DNA of 64,000 nt from Azolla caroliniana (taxonomy: Eukaryota; Plantae; Polypodiophyta), in NCBI GenBank assembly GCA_043228905.1, contig JBHGNT010000015.1, positions 12,462,001 to 12,526,000 on the forward strand, given 5' to 3'. This document shows, piece after piece, positions 48,501 to 61,900 of this stretch; positions within the stretch are counted from its first letter, which is position 1, and each line of letters opens with the position of its first letter. The notes beneath the pieces are model-generated. The model was not told the origin of the DNA and ran no database searches. It saw only the letters and a list, made by a program, of their open reading frames with translations. A program made the position numbers and the translations under genes.

Positions 48501-51457
48501 TTAATTGGGTTTCGGTATTCCGGAAGCTAGTGAGGCTCCGGTACTAGGACGGCTCTAGTATGGCGGAGCACATGAATGCCTTGCAGGGGCTGATACATCA
48601 ATCAACCTCGTTGGAAGTACCTCTCGCCGATGAGGTACTCGCATTACTCCTGCTCGGTTCCCTCTCAGATAGTTGGGAGACGCTAGTTGTCACGTTGGGT
48701 CGGAAGGAAAATAGTTGTCCCTAGGAAGGGTAAAATCAAGCTTGCTAGATGAAGAAGCTCGTCGGAAGGACCAGGAGTCCGGAACTGATCCGAAGGCCTT
48801 GGTCACAGAAGATGACCACAAACGGGCAAGAGGCTGGTATCAGAGTCCCAAAAACCGGGACAAATCGGGGACGAGGTTGAAGTCAAGGGGGAGGCCTACT
48901 TGCTTTGACTGTGGGAAGCCGGGGCAGTTCCAGAAGAACTGTCGGCATTTCCGAAAAGAGAAAGAAACCGGCACTACCGATTAGAAGAAGAGTTCGGACC
49001 GAAATGGTTCGTACTGGAGAGGCCCGGATCAGAAGGGAACGTCGGCAATCGCGACAAGTGAAGAAGAAATGATGCTCTTTACCAAGGAGAATGAGTTAAA
49101 CCTTGTCGGTGATGAGACAACGTGGGTTGTCTATTCCGGAGCGTCGTTCCACCTGACACCGAATCGGAGATGCTTCTCATCCTACAGAGCCGGAGATCAT
49201 GATTGTGTCCATATGTGGAATGAAGGGACTTGCCGAATTGTCAGCATAGGAGATGTGTTGTTGACAACATCAACCGGATGCAAGTTGTTGCTGAAGGATG
49301 TCTGACACGTTCCGGAGGTTCGACTGAACCTGATATCAGCCGGTCGGCTAGATGATGAAGGCTACACAGGTAGCATCCGGAACGGAGTTATGAAGTTCAG
49401 CAAAGGGAGCCTAATAGTGGCTCAAGCCCGGAAGGTCAACACACTGTACTTGATGAATGCCCGGATATGCTGGGAAGAAGTGAACGTAGCATCCGACATT
49501 GTCGGTGAGTTGTGGCACAAGAGACTATGTCATATGAGCCAGAAGGGGATGAAGAGACTTGCCGAAGACAATCTCATTCTAGTGAAGGACGTGCAACTTG
49601 AGAAGTGCACCGATTTCTTGGCCGACAAGCAAAACCAGACCTCTGTCTGGTCAAGACCACCGATAAGACGGAATGCACCACTCGAGCTGGTGCATACCGA
49701 GGTGTGTCAAGTGGACATGAAGTCACATGCCAGATCGTAGTACTTTGTGACATTCATAGATGACCACAGCCGAAAGCTGGGGGTTTGACCACTGAAGACA
49801 AAGGATCAAGTGTTATCCGTTTTCAAGGAGCTCCACACGAGAGTGGAAAGAGAAACCGGTCGGAAGCTGAAGGCGGTTCGAGCGGACAACGAAGGAGAAT
49901 ATCGGGGGTAGTTCGAGGAGTATTGCCAGTCGAAGGGAATCCGGCTCGAATTTACCATGCCAAAGACCCCGGAATTGAACGGGCTGGTTGAACGGATGAA
50001 CCGGCCCATAATGGAGAGAGTCTAAAGCATTCTAGCACATGCCAAGTTACCCAAGACGTTTTGGGCTGAGGCGCTGACGACGATGACCTATGTGAGAAAC
50101 AAATCACACGCAATACCCTTGGACGGAGACACACTGCAAAGAGTATGGACCGGTAAGGACGTATCCTACCGGCATATAAAGGTGTTCGGATATCTCGCTT
50201 AGGTGCATGTGGCGAAGGACAACAGAGCAAAGCTGGATTCAAAGTCCCGACCATGCATATTCCTTGGATATGACGATGATGAGTTTGGTTACCGAGTGTG
50301 GCATCTGGTTGACAAGGTGTTCCGGAGTCGGGACATAGTCTTCATGGAAGACAGGACCATTGCCGATTGGGAGTCGGAGAAGAAAGTGATGAACTCTGGA
50401 TCATCCAATGAAAACCATCTTGAGGACACAAGGACTTACCCGGTTGAAAACTGAATGTTAGCCGGTAACCGGATGACACTCGAAGAACCAGCCGTATACG
50501 GACAAGAACCCGAACCGACCAAAGAAGAAGAAGAAGAAGAAGAAGAAGAAACCGGAACCGAACAAGATCCTGAATCGGGTTCAGATGAGGAACAAACGGA
50601 GGAACCGGTAGTCAAAAACCATGGATGGAGATATCTTCTCTGAGAGAGAAGAGCCCCCTAGAGATTTTCGGATGGAGAGGATTTGTTGCTAACCAATTCG
50701 GGGGAGCCGGAAAGCTTTGAAGAAGCAAAGAGAGCAAGTGGTTGAGTGCCATGCAGGATGAGATGGATTCAATACATGAGAACCACACGTATGAACTGAC
50801 GAAGTTGTCGAAAGGAAAGAGGGCACTCCGGGACAAGTGGGTGTACCAGCTGAAACTGGGAGATGTTAGAAACCCACCGAGATACAAAGCCCGTATCATG
50901 GTGAAGGGGTTCCAACAGAAGAAAGAAGTGGATTTCGATGAGATCTTTGCCCCGATAGTAAAGATGACATCCATTCGGACGGTATTGGGCATAGTGGCAA
51001 GCATGGACCTCGAGGTAGAGCAACTGGACGCAAGACGACATTCCTACATACCGACCTCGTAAAAGAAATCTACATGCATCAACTGGAAGGATTTGAGAAG
51101 AAAGGGAAGGCGCACTTGGTGTGCCGGTTGAAGAAGAGCCTATATGGATTGAAGCAAACTCCCTGACAATGGTACCAAAAGTTCGACTCCTTCATGACCG
51201 ACCAAGGGTACCACAAAACACAAGCCGATCATTGATTGTTTGTGAAGAAATTTGACAGAGGAGATTTCCTGATACTCCTATATGTGGATGATATGATGAT
51301 CGTCGGACGAGACCAAGTCAAGATATGGATGCTGAAGAAGGCTCTGAACCGTACCTTCTCAATCAAAAGCCTTGGGGCCGGCAAGACAGATAATGGGAAT
51401 GCCCATCATCCAAGACCAGTCGAAGAAGCTATTGTGGTTGTCACAGGAAAAGAACGT
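42509..51457 (+). mobile_element. Family B Copia (copy 3), degenerate; interrupted at 43025-48412 and truncated at 51457
   Basis: Partial LTR to ~42789; PBS at 42792; gag resumes as IDMS|LYNNFNEE after the insert; PR, IN and RT run to LSQEK. Confidence 0.9.
43025..48412 (-). mobile_element. Family C Copia (copy 2) with an extra PPT and partial third LTR
   Basis: TSD ATGAG (43020-43024 / 48413-48417). LTRs 43025-43425 and 47763-48165; PBS 47751-47762; PPT 43426-43434; gag-PR-IN-RT-RH order; extra block 48166-48412. Confidence 0.93.
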
Positions 51458-54400
51458 TCTCGTGAAGATTTTCGGCAACGGTGTGAAAATTGCATGGAAT
51501 GTACAAAATCGAGTGTGGTTCTTCACACACAATATGAAACAATAATAGTGACGATATTATTTTATATTAGTTTAATATCTTTGTACGAAAAGATGGATGT
51601 CTTCAAGAGCTTCCGAATGCATTTTACTACATGTGAAACAAACAACTTAGTGTCAAGTTATGTGAGTGTGAAGTTTGAGAAGAAGAAGAGGAAAACAAAA
51701 CTGTGGGATATCCCACATAGATAGGACAACATCAGGATTGAAGAGTATATAATTAGAGCCATATCTCTTTATATTAGTGTTGTCCGCCGGAATAGTAACC
51801 GACAGACAAAAGCGTAGGAATAAGAAACTATATAAGAGCATAACGCATGTAACGGTTCACGCAGGAAGCGTGAATGGCTAGTTAGACCCTGCATATATAA
51901 AGGGCAGAAAACCTCTTATGGAGGTGCGTGTAATTTTGGGAATGTAAAGAATGCCTGATAATAGAATTCTATCTTCTCTGATTTTCTGTGTATAGCTGCG
52001 GCTAATTCAGTGTCGGTGTCTCAGATACTTAAGCGTGGTAGTACGTAAGTGTACCCTTTGATAGGTCGAAGGACTGACCACGGACCGTGTTCCTAAACGG
52101 CAACAATTTTATCTATGTGCTAGGAGCACAAAAAGATTGGTTTGTATAACTTGGACGAATGGATGTGGTCAAGTTATTCAAATAGTGTTTTGGACAAATT
52201 CGGACGGACGGTGACAGAACCAGAACCGTACCGGACAGACATTGACGGAACTAGGACCGGGGCCGGATGGCACCGGAACCGTACTGGACCAGATGGACCG
52301 GATCACCGGGTCAGATGCGGACCGGATGGATTGGATCACCTGGTTGGATGCGGACCGGGTAGGTTGATCGCGAAGCACGATGTTTTAAAGATTTTTGGTG
52401 TGAAACGAAAAAACTGATTCATTTCTTTAAGTTATATTTTATCATTATACTTTCACATGTAAATTCTCATATATGAGAGCTTGAATGAGTGGCATGGTTA
52501 TCATGCAACACATGTAATGCATGAGCGCCAAATGGCAAACATACATCTCATGCATTTTATGTATTACATGCATGTCTTGCACCCTCACATGCATTATATG
52601 CATAGGGGCATCTATAAAAGAGTGGATGGAGAAGAAAAACGAGTTCTGTATTAATCCAGAAATTAAGAAAAAATAAAATTCATTATCCCATTTGGTGATG
52701 TATTAATCTTGTCTCTCAAATCTAAAGTCAAGGGTTTAATCTTTATCTCCCTCTCTCTCCATCTCAATCTTTCTCTCGCCATATCAATCTCTCTCAATCT
52801 ATCTTAAATACTTTATCACTAAAGCTAGTACAAACTTCGAATCCTTCCGGTCTAGGACCCCAACGGTTCCGCCTCACGATCCGCACAAAGTGACGGATTT
52901 TCACGACATAATTAAGTGGTGAACCTGACGTGAAGAGGCGGTAGGAAGGATCTAGTCAAGGAACGATCGATACTTGGAAATTGCATCCTCAAGCAATCAA
53001 GCGGGAGAGTTCAAAAGGATGATGCAATCGTTGAACAAATGATGAGATCTCGGGACAACAAGGCCTTTGACCGTGTCTTAGAGCTCGAGGGTCAATTTGA
53101 TGGAAGGAACAAAAGGGAGATGAATCAAAGGGACGTGTCCGAAGCGCGTCAAATTACAAGTTTCAAGAGAGTGGTCGCCAACAACATCCAGAGACGCGTC
53201 ATCGAGCTTCAAGAAGGCAAGACAACATGGTCGGAGTTCGAGAGAGCAATATTAGTGGAGTTCGCGACAGAAGATTTGTCGAGGATGACTCGACATGCCT
53301 TGATGAAGTGGATAGAAAAGAAAAATAAGAAGATGAGCGCCTCGAGGGTATACGACAAATTTGACCAGTTGTTTAGTCGTCTCCCCAACACAGACCAAGT
53401 GCTGCTTGAGGAGGACAAGACTTTGTACTTCTTAAAAGCTGTGGATGTGAAGGATAAACGAGAATTGGGATTCTTCTTGAAGATGATACCCAAGCAAACG
53501 GGCTTGTGGCAGACTGGATTGCGGTGAAGCGAGCGTGCAACAAGCTCGACAAGCGTCGTTAGTGGGTTGATGACACCGACTTGGCAGGATCGACTAGGGA
53601 GAAAACGAGACAACCGAAAGTAGTTGAGCTGCCCAAACAAAGCAACCCGGAAGAAAAGAATATTGATGACGACATCATCGAAGAACTGGCGAAAAAAGTT
53701 CAAGATGGTCACGCTAGCTAACATGAATCATCGGGGCCCCAAAGGAAAAGAACCCTTTAGATGCGTGTGGTGCGATAGCATGGACCACATGAGAAGCGAT
53801 TGCGCAAGCCTTCGAGACGTCATTCGACAAAATATTGTATACATGGGTGGCAACATGATCTGCTCAAGCGAGACTAGAAGACCCCTACGGGTGAATTTCG
53901 GAAGAGGGGGAATGAAGAAAGCCATGGAAGATGTCGAGACGACTCATGTGAATGCGATGCACTATGCTGTGTTGGCCAGAATAAGAGTCGGGAAAGACAA
54001 AACTGAAGCTGCTAGAGCGGGAGCAAAGTTTTGGTCTACCGTTCTTGAGTATGAGAACAAGGGAAATGTCACTCCAAAGGAGGTAGAGCTTGCAGAACGA
54101 AGTGTGCAAAGCATAACCGGATGGTCGAATCCTGTGGATGAAAACACCATACTTGCGGAAGTGATGTGTGACAACCACGAGGTGTTTGTGGATGAAAAGA
54201 GAAAATGAATGGAAGGGCAAGACAACCCATCAAAAAGACATGAAACAAGGAGCGCGAAAAAGAAAGAAGATGCAAAAACGAGTCGAGCTTTACAAATGGA
54301 GGGAGACTCAAGCCGGAAAGGGGAGTCGAGCAAATGAGTCGAAGAAACGGTTCGGCCTGTAAAGGTTGGTATTGAAGACCCCACTCGGAAGACAAGAATT

Positions 54401-55540
54401 ATGCCTTCCTATAAGCTAAGGTCGGACATAGAGCAAATGATAGATCTGAAGAAGATTCTCGAGGAATGTGTTCTCGATAGCGACGTGACCTTGTCCTTGA
54501 AGGATTATCTCGGTATTACGAAGAAGTAGTTCCATGATACGATCGTGGACCTTGTGAAGAGAAAAAGGAAACAATCGGATGAGGAAGAAGAGAAGTCATT
54601 AAAAGCAAAAACAAATGCCATAACGATGGCAAGGGACGAAGTCGATGAAGATTTGGTGGACAACCACTATACTCGACCTCATTGGGAAGAAGCGACAACG
54701 GAGATGCCGATGAAGATCAGGGAGAAGAAAGAGACCATGGTAGCCTTGATCGGCCATGGCTCGGAGATCAAACTCATGTCGACCAAGTTTTACAAAAAAG
54801 GAAGATGGCCAATTAACACAAACCACGGATGGAAGATTCGAGCGGCAACAAAGACCATAGAGAACTTGTACGGAGCTTGTCCAAATGTTAAAGTCACGAT
54901 TGGGGATGTAGAGATGGATCAACACTTCTTTGTGTAAGAATCAGCTTCGCATCCTGTCATCCTAGGACAACCGTATATCACATCATCCCGGATGGAGACC
55001 AAGGTGTTCGATAATGGAGCAGCCTTCGCGCAGATCAACAGTATTGACAACCAAAGATTTGTTCAATTGATAACGGTGTGGGCTACTCATGAAAGAAATC
55101 GAGATAACCTTCGAGTCGACTCCTTGGATTTTTAGAGCGGACTATTGAAGCATGGGGCACAAATAGTCCGAGCAATCACAAGTCCCCACAAGAAAGTAGA
55201 GTGCGTGGATTGCAAGGAGAAACGACATGTGTTACACCTAGTGGCGCATGTAAACTAGTACTACCCAACAAGAAGGACAAGCGTCGGATACAAGACTTCT
55301 AGAAGATGGTGAAAGAAGAAAACATAATCAAAGAAGAAGAATTTGTGACTCATATTAAGGAAGAGGCCTCATTTAATGACACCATCAACGAAATCAAGGA
55401 AGTCGTGGAATTGAGCTATCTTCACGATCAACACGTTGTCCTGAAGATTCCGTGCCATGGTGAGAAACCGGGGAATATCGGAAGAATCAGCGGGGTGGAG
55501 CATGTGCACTCACCCTTGTACAAATATTGGAGGTGATAGG
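51458..55540 (+). mobile_element. Trp-primed Gypsy 5' LTR (51458-52908), gag and protease, degenerate
   Basis: Start TCTCGTGAAGATTTTCG matches 40164; end TCACGACA; PBS at 52917; gag with CVWCDSMDHMRSDC knuckle; protease ALIGHGSE; right boundary uncertain. Confidence 0.8.
51778..52105 (+). mobile_element. Isolated LTR of the 55968-64000 Gypsy family, nested in another LTR
   Basis: TGTTGTCCGCC..GGCAACA is homologous to the reverse complement of 55968-56408 but shorter; flanks ATTAG/ATTTT are not a clean TSD. Confidence 0.85.
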
Positions 55541-55967
55541 GGCGCCTTTATGGCGCCGAGTAGGAGTTAAGTCAGGACAGAGAATCCCATATTTATCCCA
55601 CATTGTTATGCATCCCTCTCCTTGTTCTATAAAAGGAAGGGAGTGTCCCTTATAAAGGGGTACCCATTTTTTTTGGTATTTGGGTTCCGTTCCTCATTTT
55701 GAGGTTCCATAGGTTCCCTTTAGCGGGTTCCATTTTTGGGTTCCTTCATAATAGAGTTTTTTTTCCATTTTGTTCATCTAGGGTTTTATCTTGCACACTA
55801 AGCTTTGTGTTGTGGGGACAGAGTCGAGTTCCCTCTCTTCTGTTTTGTTTCATCTCTGTTCTCTATTAGGGTTGTTGTTGTCTCTACATTGTTGTTGTTC
55901 GTGACGAGCCTGAGCGCTCGAAGGCATTGGTCCTCAGCTCTCTCTCTCCCTCATGCAAGATCCCCAA

Positions 55968-58900
55968 TGTTGCCTCTTAGGAACACGGTCCGTGGTCAGT
56001 CCTTTGACCTAGACCCCAAGGTGGGTGTGGAACAACGAACAGGGTTTAAGCGTACTGCGTAAGGAGAGAACCTCTGTAATTCCTCCGCGTATAAGGGAAG
56101 ACGGCTACAACCGAATCCTTATCACAGGTTACACTTACGTACTACTATGCTTATGTATCCGAGACACAGACACTGAATTAGCCGTCGCTATACACAGAAA
56201 CTCAGAGAAGATAGAATTCTATTATCAGGCGTTCTTTACATTTTCCCAAAATTTACACGCACCTCTATAAGAGGTTTTCTGCCCTTTATATATGCAGGGT
56301 CTAATTAGCCGTTCACGCTTCCCGCGTGAACTGTTACATACGTTATGCTCTTATATAGTTTCTTATTCCTACGCTTTTGGCCGTCGGTTACTATTCCGGC
56401 GGACAACACATGGCACACCTGTGGAACAGTGCCTTTGCGCGTCAGACCCATCTCGTTAATCGTCTTCCAAAATGACCCGGATGTTCGGCTCTGTTGTGGT
56501 GTCCTCGTCCGGAGTTGATGTAGGGCCCGTAGGTGCATCGTGGTGCGGCTCCTCTGCTTGGTCGGCCTGGTTTCTCCCGGAGTCGCCTTCGTCGTGTGCG
56601 GGTGGTCCGGGTACGGTGGGCTCTTCTTGAGTTAGTGGGCTGGGCTCCGCCGTTGGCGTGCTTGCAGTCGGTTGCAACTCAGCCTCTATTGTTATGTCCT
56701 CCGCGGTGTTGGTCGTTTTTGTGTGTCCCTGGGCGTGGGGCGGGGATTCCGCCTGGTCTGCACTATTTTCCGCGTTTTCTGAAGATGGTGTGGGCTGGTG
56801 CGGCTGGACCTCTTGTTGGGTAATGGTTTCGCTGTCTGGTCCTGTGGGGAACTCCGCTCGTTGGTCCCCGCTATTCTCCCCCGTTGTCATCCCTGGTGAT
56901 CGGGCCTAAGGTTCCTCTTCTTCGGCTGTGACCGGAATTGGTGTCCCGCTGGGTTCCTCGTTTGTGTGCGTGTTGCCGGCTTGTGTGATCTGGTGAAATA
57001 GCTCCTCTTGACTTTCACCAAAATCATCTAGGAGTTGTGCGAGTTCTTCGGAGTGTTGGTCTGCTAGCACGCGATAGTCTTGCGCTAGGTCCTCCCGTAC
57101 GGTCGCAATGCTCTCCTCGTTTAGCTTATAAAACCCTCGGCCGTCTTTCCGCCGGTTCTCCCAGTCCGCACGATACGCATGCAATTCCGCTGCTTGGGTT
57201 GCCCACGCAATCCATCCTTTGTCCAGCGCCGTTTTCAATTGCGCTGTGAACCTTTCCCGGTTGGTTTGGACAAGGATGCGCACGTTATCCGTGATGGCCT
57301 GGCAGCGGTTGTGTGCGTCTTCCATCGACATCTGGAGATGCATGATTTCCTGTTGTTTAACGGCTGCCGCTTCCTCTTACGTGGCCTTCAGGCCCGCCCA
57401 TAGCTGGGATTCCTTTGCATGCTATTCTTCTAATTTCCCCATTTCATTGTTTAGGCGGACTTCGAGTTGATGCCTTCTGTCTTGTTCGACCACCAACTGC
57501 TCATCGAACCATACCTTTTTTTTTTCTAATAAGGCCCGAAGTCCCGCTATTGCCACCTCTGATTTCTTCGCGTCCTCTCGTAATTGGGCGTTGTTGTCTT
57601 TTGTCCGGATGTGCTGGGCTACCTCCATAGCTAGTTTCTATTCAAGAGTTTTTACGGCCTTCCGTCCGTTAGCCCATATCTCCTTTTCTATGTCGGAGGA
57701 TTGGCGTAGTTCTGCACGAAGACGGTCAATTTCGGATTCTGCTAGCTGCAAGGCCCTTTTTGCTTTTGAGGCGATGGCAGTCTGATCCTCGATTTCTTCT
57801 TTTAGAGCGTTGATAACGTGGTTCGGTGGCGGGGTTTCGTGTTGCGCTGTAGTCGCGTGAGCTTCCAACTCCGCGATGCGTGCGTTGGCCTTTTGTAGTT
57901 CGGCTTCGGTCAGTTTAACCTTCTTCCAGAAATTCTTATTTTTTATGGCCATCTCCTTGGCGCCCGTGCTGACCTTTGCCAGTTCCCGATGGACTTCGAC
58001 TAGGGCCGTGTTTAAGGGTGGTATCTCCATCCCTACTCGCCGTACCCCGGCAGTCCTCTGTCTGCCGACCTTGGCTAGCCGGTCCTCATCGTCGCTCTCC
58101 GTTGTTTGTGTTAGGGCGCACTCTATGATCTGACGTTCTGCATGCTCTTCGGCCATTCGTTGGGCGGCTTTAACCTGTTGTGTTGCCAGGAACTCCATGA
58201 GCTCGAAAGAGGTACCGAACTGCAAGAGGATGCTGAATTCGTGGGCCGTTCCGGGATATCCAGATATGCCAAAATCTCGCTTTCCGCCATCAATACGGCT
58301 TTCCCTCGTTGGGATTGAGTCGTAATAATCGGCCACGGCTCCCGGATGATTTCGAAGGTGGTATTCGACTCTGCTGTTGCGGAGCCTTCGCCTTTGGTCG
58401 GTGCCTCCGGAGCCGTGGGGGCCTTTTTTGCCAACCTCCGCCCATCTTTCCTGTCCAATCTGAGCCGTTTTGGTCTAGGGCTTTCCCTCCGTGCCTCGGT
58501 GTCTGGTTCTGGGGCTGCTTCCATGGGGTGTCTCGGCTGTTTGTCCTGCGTCGCCCGTGTGTCCGGCTGGTCGGTAGAAGGTGTTGTCCTTGGGCCTGGT
58601 TGGGCCGGTTGGGGTTCCTCCTCCCACTCTGGGGCCGCTAACTTCGCTAACCTGCGTTTCGCGGAGCGGGGCGGGGCCGTGGGTTGGCTGGGCTGCGGTG
58701 CTGGCAGGCCTTGGGGTGGAAACAATATCGTAAGGTATTGTTGGATGATTGGCCTGAGCTTTTTGCCTGCTTGGTACGCATGCAAGCCTTCCCTTAACGT
58801 CGTCCCTGTGATGACCCCCCAGTTGACTGTACGCCCCTCAAAGGTGTCGACAATGATGCCCGCCTTCTGCTTAGGCATCCTGTATGCGTTGACATGGACA

Positions 58901-61900
58901 CAGCCGACTTCCAGTACGAACTTGGCAACTTCACGGAAGAAGGGATCCGGAATTTGTTTTGTTCTATAGGCCTTGGCGGAGAATGAATATGGGCCAAAAT
59001 ACCGCTGCATCGCCATTGCAGGAGGTATTTCGAAATGTCTTTCGCCTAGTGAAGATAGGTCTAACTTCTTCCAAATGGAAGACTTGGTGATCGTGTCGAT
59101 GTTAAGCTGCTTGGCGATGTCCATGGCGTCCGGGTGTGGAGGTGCTTCTGCGACCCGAATGTAACCATCCAGGCGCTTCTCCACGAGCCATCGGCGTAGG
59201 GCAGTAGAGATGAAGATCGGCATCGCCAGAGTAGGTTCGTGGAGAGGAGACGGGTAGTAGTGGTGAGTTGGAGCTCTGAGATAGGATGGGGAAGAAGGTG
59301 AGGAGGAGGAGCGATGGGCGCGCTGATAGCTAGAAGATGGGTTTCTGCTTTGTGCAGAAAATCTTCTGTTTCCTTCTTTTTGTGGCTTAGGGTTCATTGG
59401 GCGGTGAGCCATCGTGGTGCAGTGTGTTCTTGAACTAGGAGTTTGTGCATGCATTTAGTCGTTTTAATAGTCACTATCTTCTCTCTCTTTTTTTCTTTTT
59501 TTCTTTTTTCGTAACGGTTATTTACAACTTATTTTTACATTATAGTACAAATGGGACTGTCCATTTTACACTGCAGGTTCTCCGGCTTTGTCCCGTTTGG
59601 CGGTGAATGGGTTAAGTGGCACAGGGCCCAAGTAAGGTTTGAGCCGAAACCCATTCACTTTTTGCCGTACTATTTCTCAAGCCAGCGTTCCTAGTTGGAA
59701 CATGCCCTGTTCCGCTCCAATTATCCAGTATGGGCCGGTCCAACGGAAACATAACTTCCCGGGCATATGGCCCACAACGAACTCATTTTCCCTTGCGCTC
59801 CGATGTCGACCGACAAAAGCTTTACGCCGTCGCTGTTCCTGTTCCAACACAGCCATGCTGTGGACGAGTTTTTCCCCTAGTTCAAGGAGTTGGTAGAGCC
59901 GTTCCTCCTCTGACTTGGCTTTTGATAATCGGTTCCGTACCTGAATGCGCAAACTAGGTACCCGAAATTCGACCGGAATCACAACCTCTAGTCCAAACGC
60001 TAGCCGGAACGGTGTTGATTGTATGCTTGTTTTGTAACTAGTTTTGTACGCCCATAACGCACTCTGGAGTTTGGTATCCCAGTCCGTTCTATTTTCATTG
60101 ACGGTTTTCTTCAAAATGGTCTGTAAAGTTTTGTTCGTGGATTCCGCTAATCCATTCGCCTGCGGGTAGTATGGCGTGCTCTTCTTGTGGACTACTGCGT
60201 AATGTTGTGTTAGTTCCCGAACCACCGTATTGAGGAAGTGGCTCCCCTGGTCACTGATGAGCTCAATCAGACAGCCGAACCGGCACCAGATGTGCTTGTA
60301 CAGAAATTTGACTGTGACGGTCGCCGTATTTTCATGTAGTGCCTTTGCTTCTACCCATTTGGTACAGTAATCCGTGGTTACCAATATGTATTTGTTGCCC
60401 GTACGGGCCACTTCTAGTGTGAAGGGCCCCACAAAATCCAATCCCCACTTTTGGAAGGGGTCTAGCGGTAATACGGGCTAGTGTGGCATCCTTGCGTCCT
60501 CCACGGGCTGACCCATCCGCTGGCACAAATCACACTTTCTACAATACTCGGATGCGTCCTTCTGCGTTGTTGGCCACCATAAGCCCGCCTACCATACTTT
60601 GCGGGCTGTCACGTTGCCCGCGTAATGGCCGCTGGCCATGCCGCAGTGTGCCTCCCGTAAAACTGTTTCTTTCTCATCCTAACGGACTCCACGTCGCCAA
60701 ATGTCGTCACTTCCTTTGTGATATAAATTCCCTTCGACAAGGCAGAAGTGACGGCTTTGGACGACTAGTCGTTTCTTCTCGTCCGTGCGTAATTGTGGTG
60801 GAGTTAGTCTTGTAGTTAAAAAGTACGTCATTTCCATAAGCCATCGGTCCGGAAAGGTGGATTCCGTTTTCTCTGCAAGTGTCGCTACTCGCCAGATGTC
60901 GGCATCTGGAAAATCGTCGTCGTCTTTCTGTACTGTTTCTCCATTCTCAAGTCTGCTCAAAAAATCCGCCACTGCGTGTTGCGTCCCTGGCCAGTGTTGA
61001 ATTACGAACTCAAATTCCTGGAGCAGCAGCATCCACCGTGCCAATTTCCCTATCAGGGCTTGTTTCTCCACCAAATACAATAATGTCGAATGATCCACGT
61101 GGAACATGAATTTCCGTCCTAGTAAATAATGTCGGAATTTATTGATGTTATAGATCATCCGTAGCGCCTCCAGCTCTTTTGTGGAATAGTTACGCTCTGC
61201 TGCTGTCAATTTACAGCTTGCGTAGTATACTGGCCTGTACCAGTTTGGTTCGGTGAGTTGCATTAGCGCGCTTCCTATTGCTATGTCTGAGGCGTCGACG
61301 AACACGTGGAATGGCTTCGCCCAAACTGGAGGTTGTACGACGGGGGCCTATGAGAGCATTATCTTAAGTGCCTCATAGGCCATATCCTTTGTTGCAGTCC
61401 ATTGGAAAGGAGTCCGATGTACGGCAGCGTGTAGTGGCGTGGCGAAGTCCGCCAAATACCGTATCATCCGACTATGCCACCGTATTTGGCCCAGAAATCG
61501 GCTATGTGATTTGGCATTTGTCGGAGTTTTAGCTTGCGTAATAGTAGAGATCTTGTTTGGGTCGACCGCTATTACTTCTTTGCTAACAATGTGGCCTAGG
61601 AGAGTCCCGCTGGTCACGCCGAAGGCACATTTCGCGGGATTCAGGCTTAAGCGTGCGGTGCGGCAACGCCGGAATGTATTCCCCAAAGATCTCCGTAATC
61701 GTTCGTTGAAATGTTGCCGGCACTGTCTTTAGCCCAAACATCATGACAACCGCCACATATACTCCCCAGTCCATGACAAACGCCGTCTTTTCCTGGTGCT
61801 CGGGGTGCATGCGTACTTGGTTATAGCCACTGAAGCCATCTAAGAAACTATACATCTCATGGCCTGTGACGACGTCCAGCACGCTATCGGTGAAGGGTAT

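Noticed and set aside
55540-55967. LTR-like segment with a TATA motif
   Set aside because: Termini and partner LTR could not be established.
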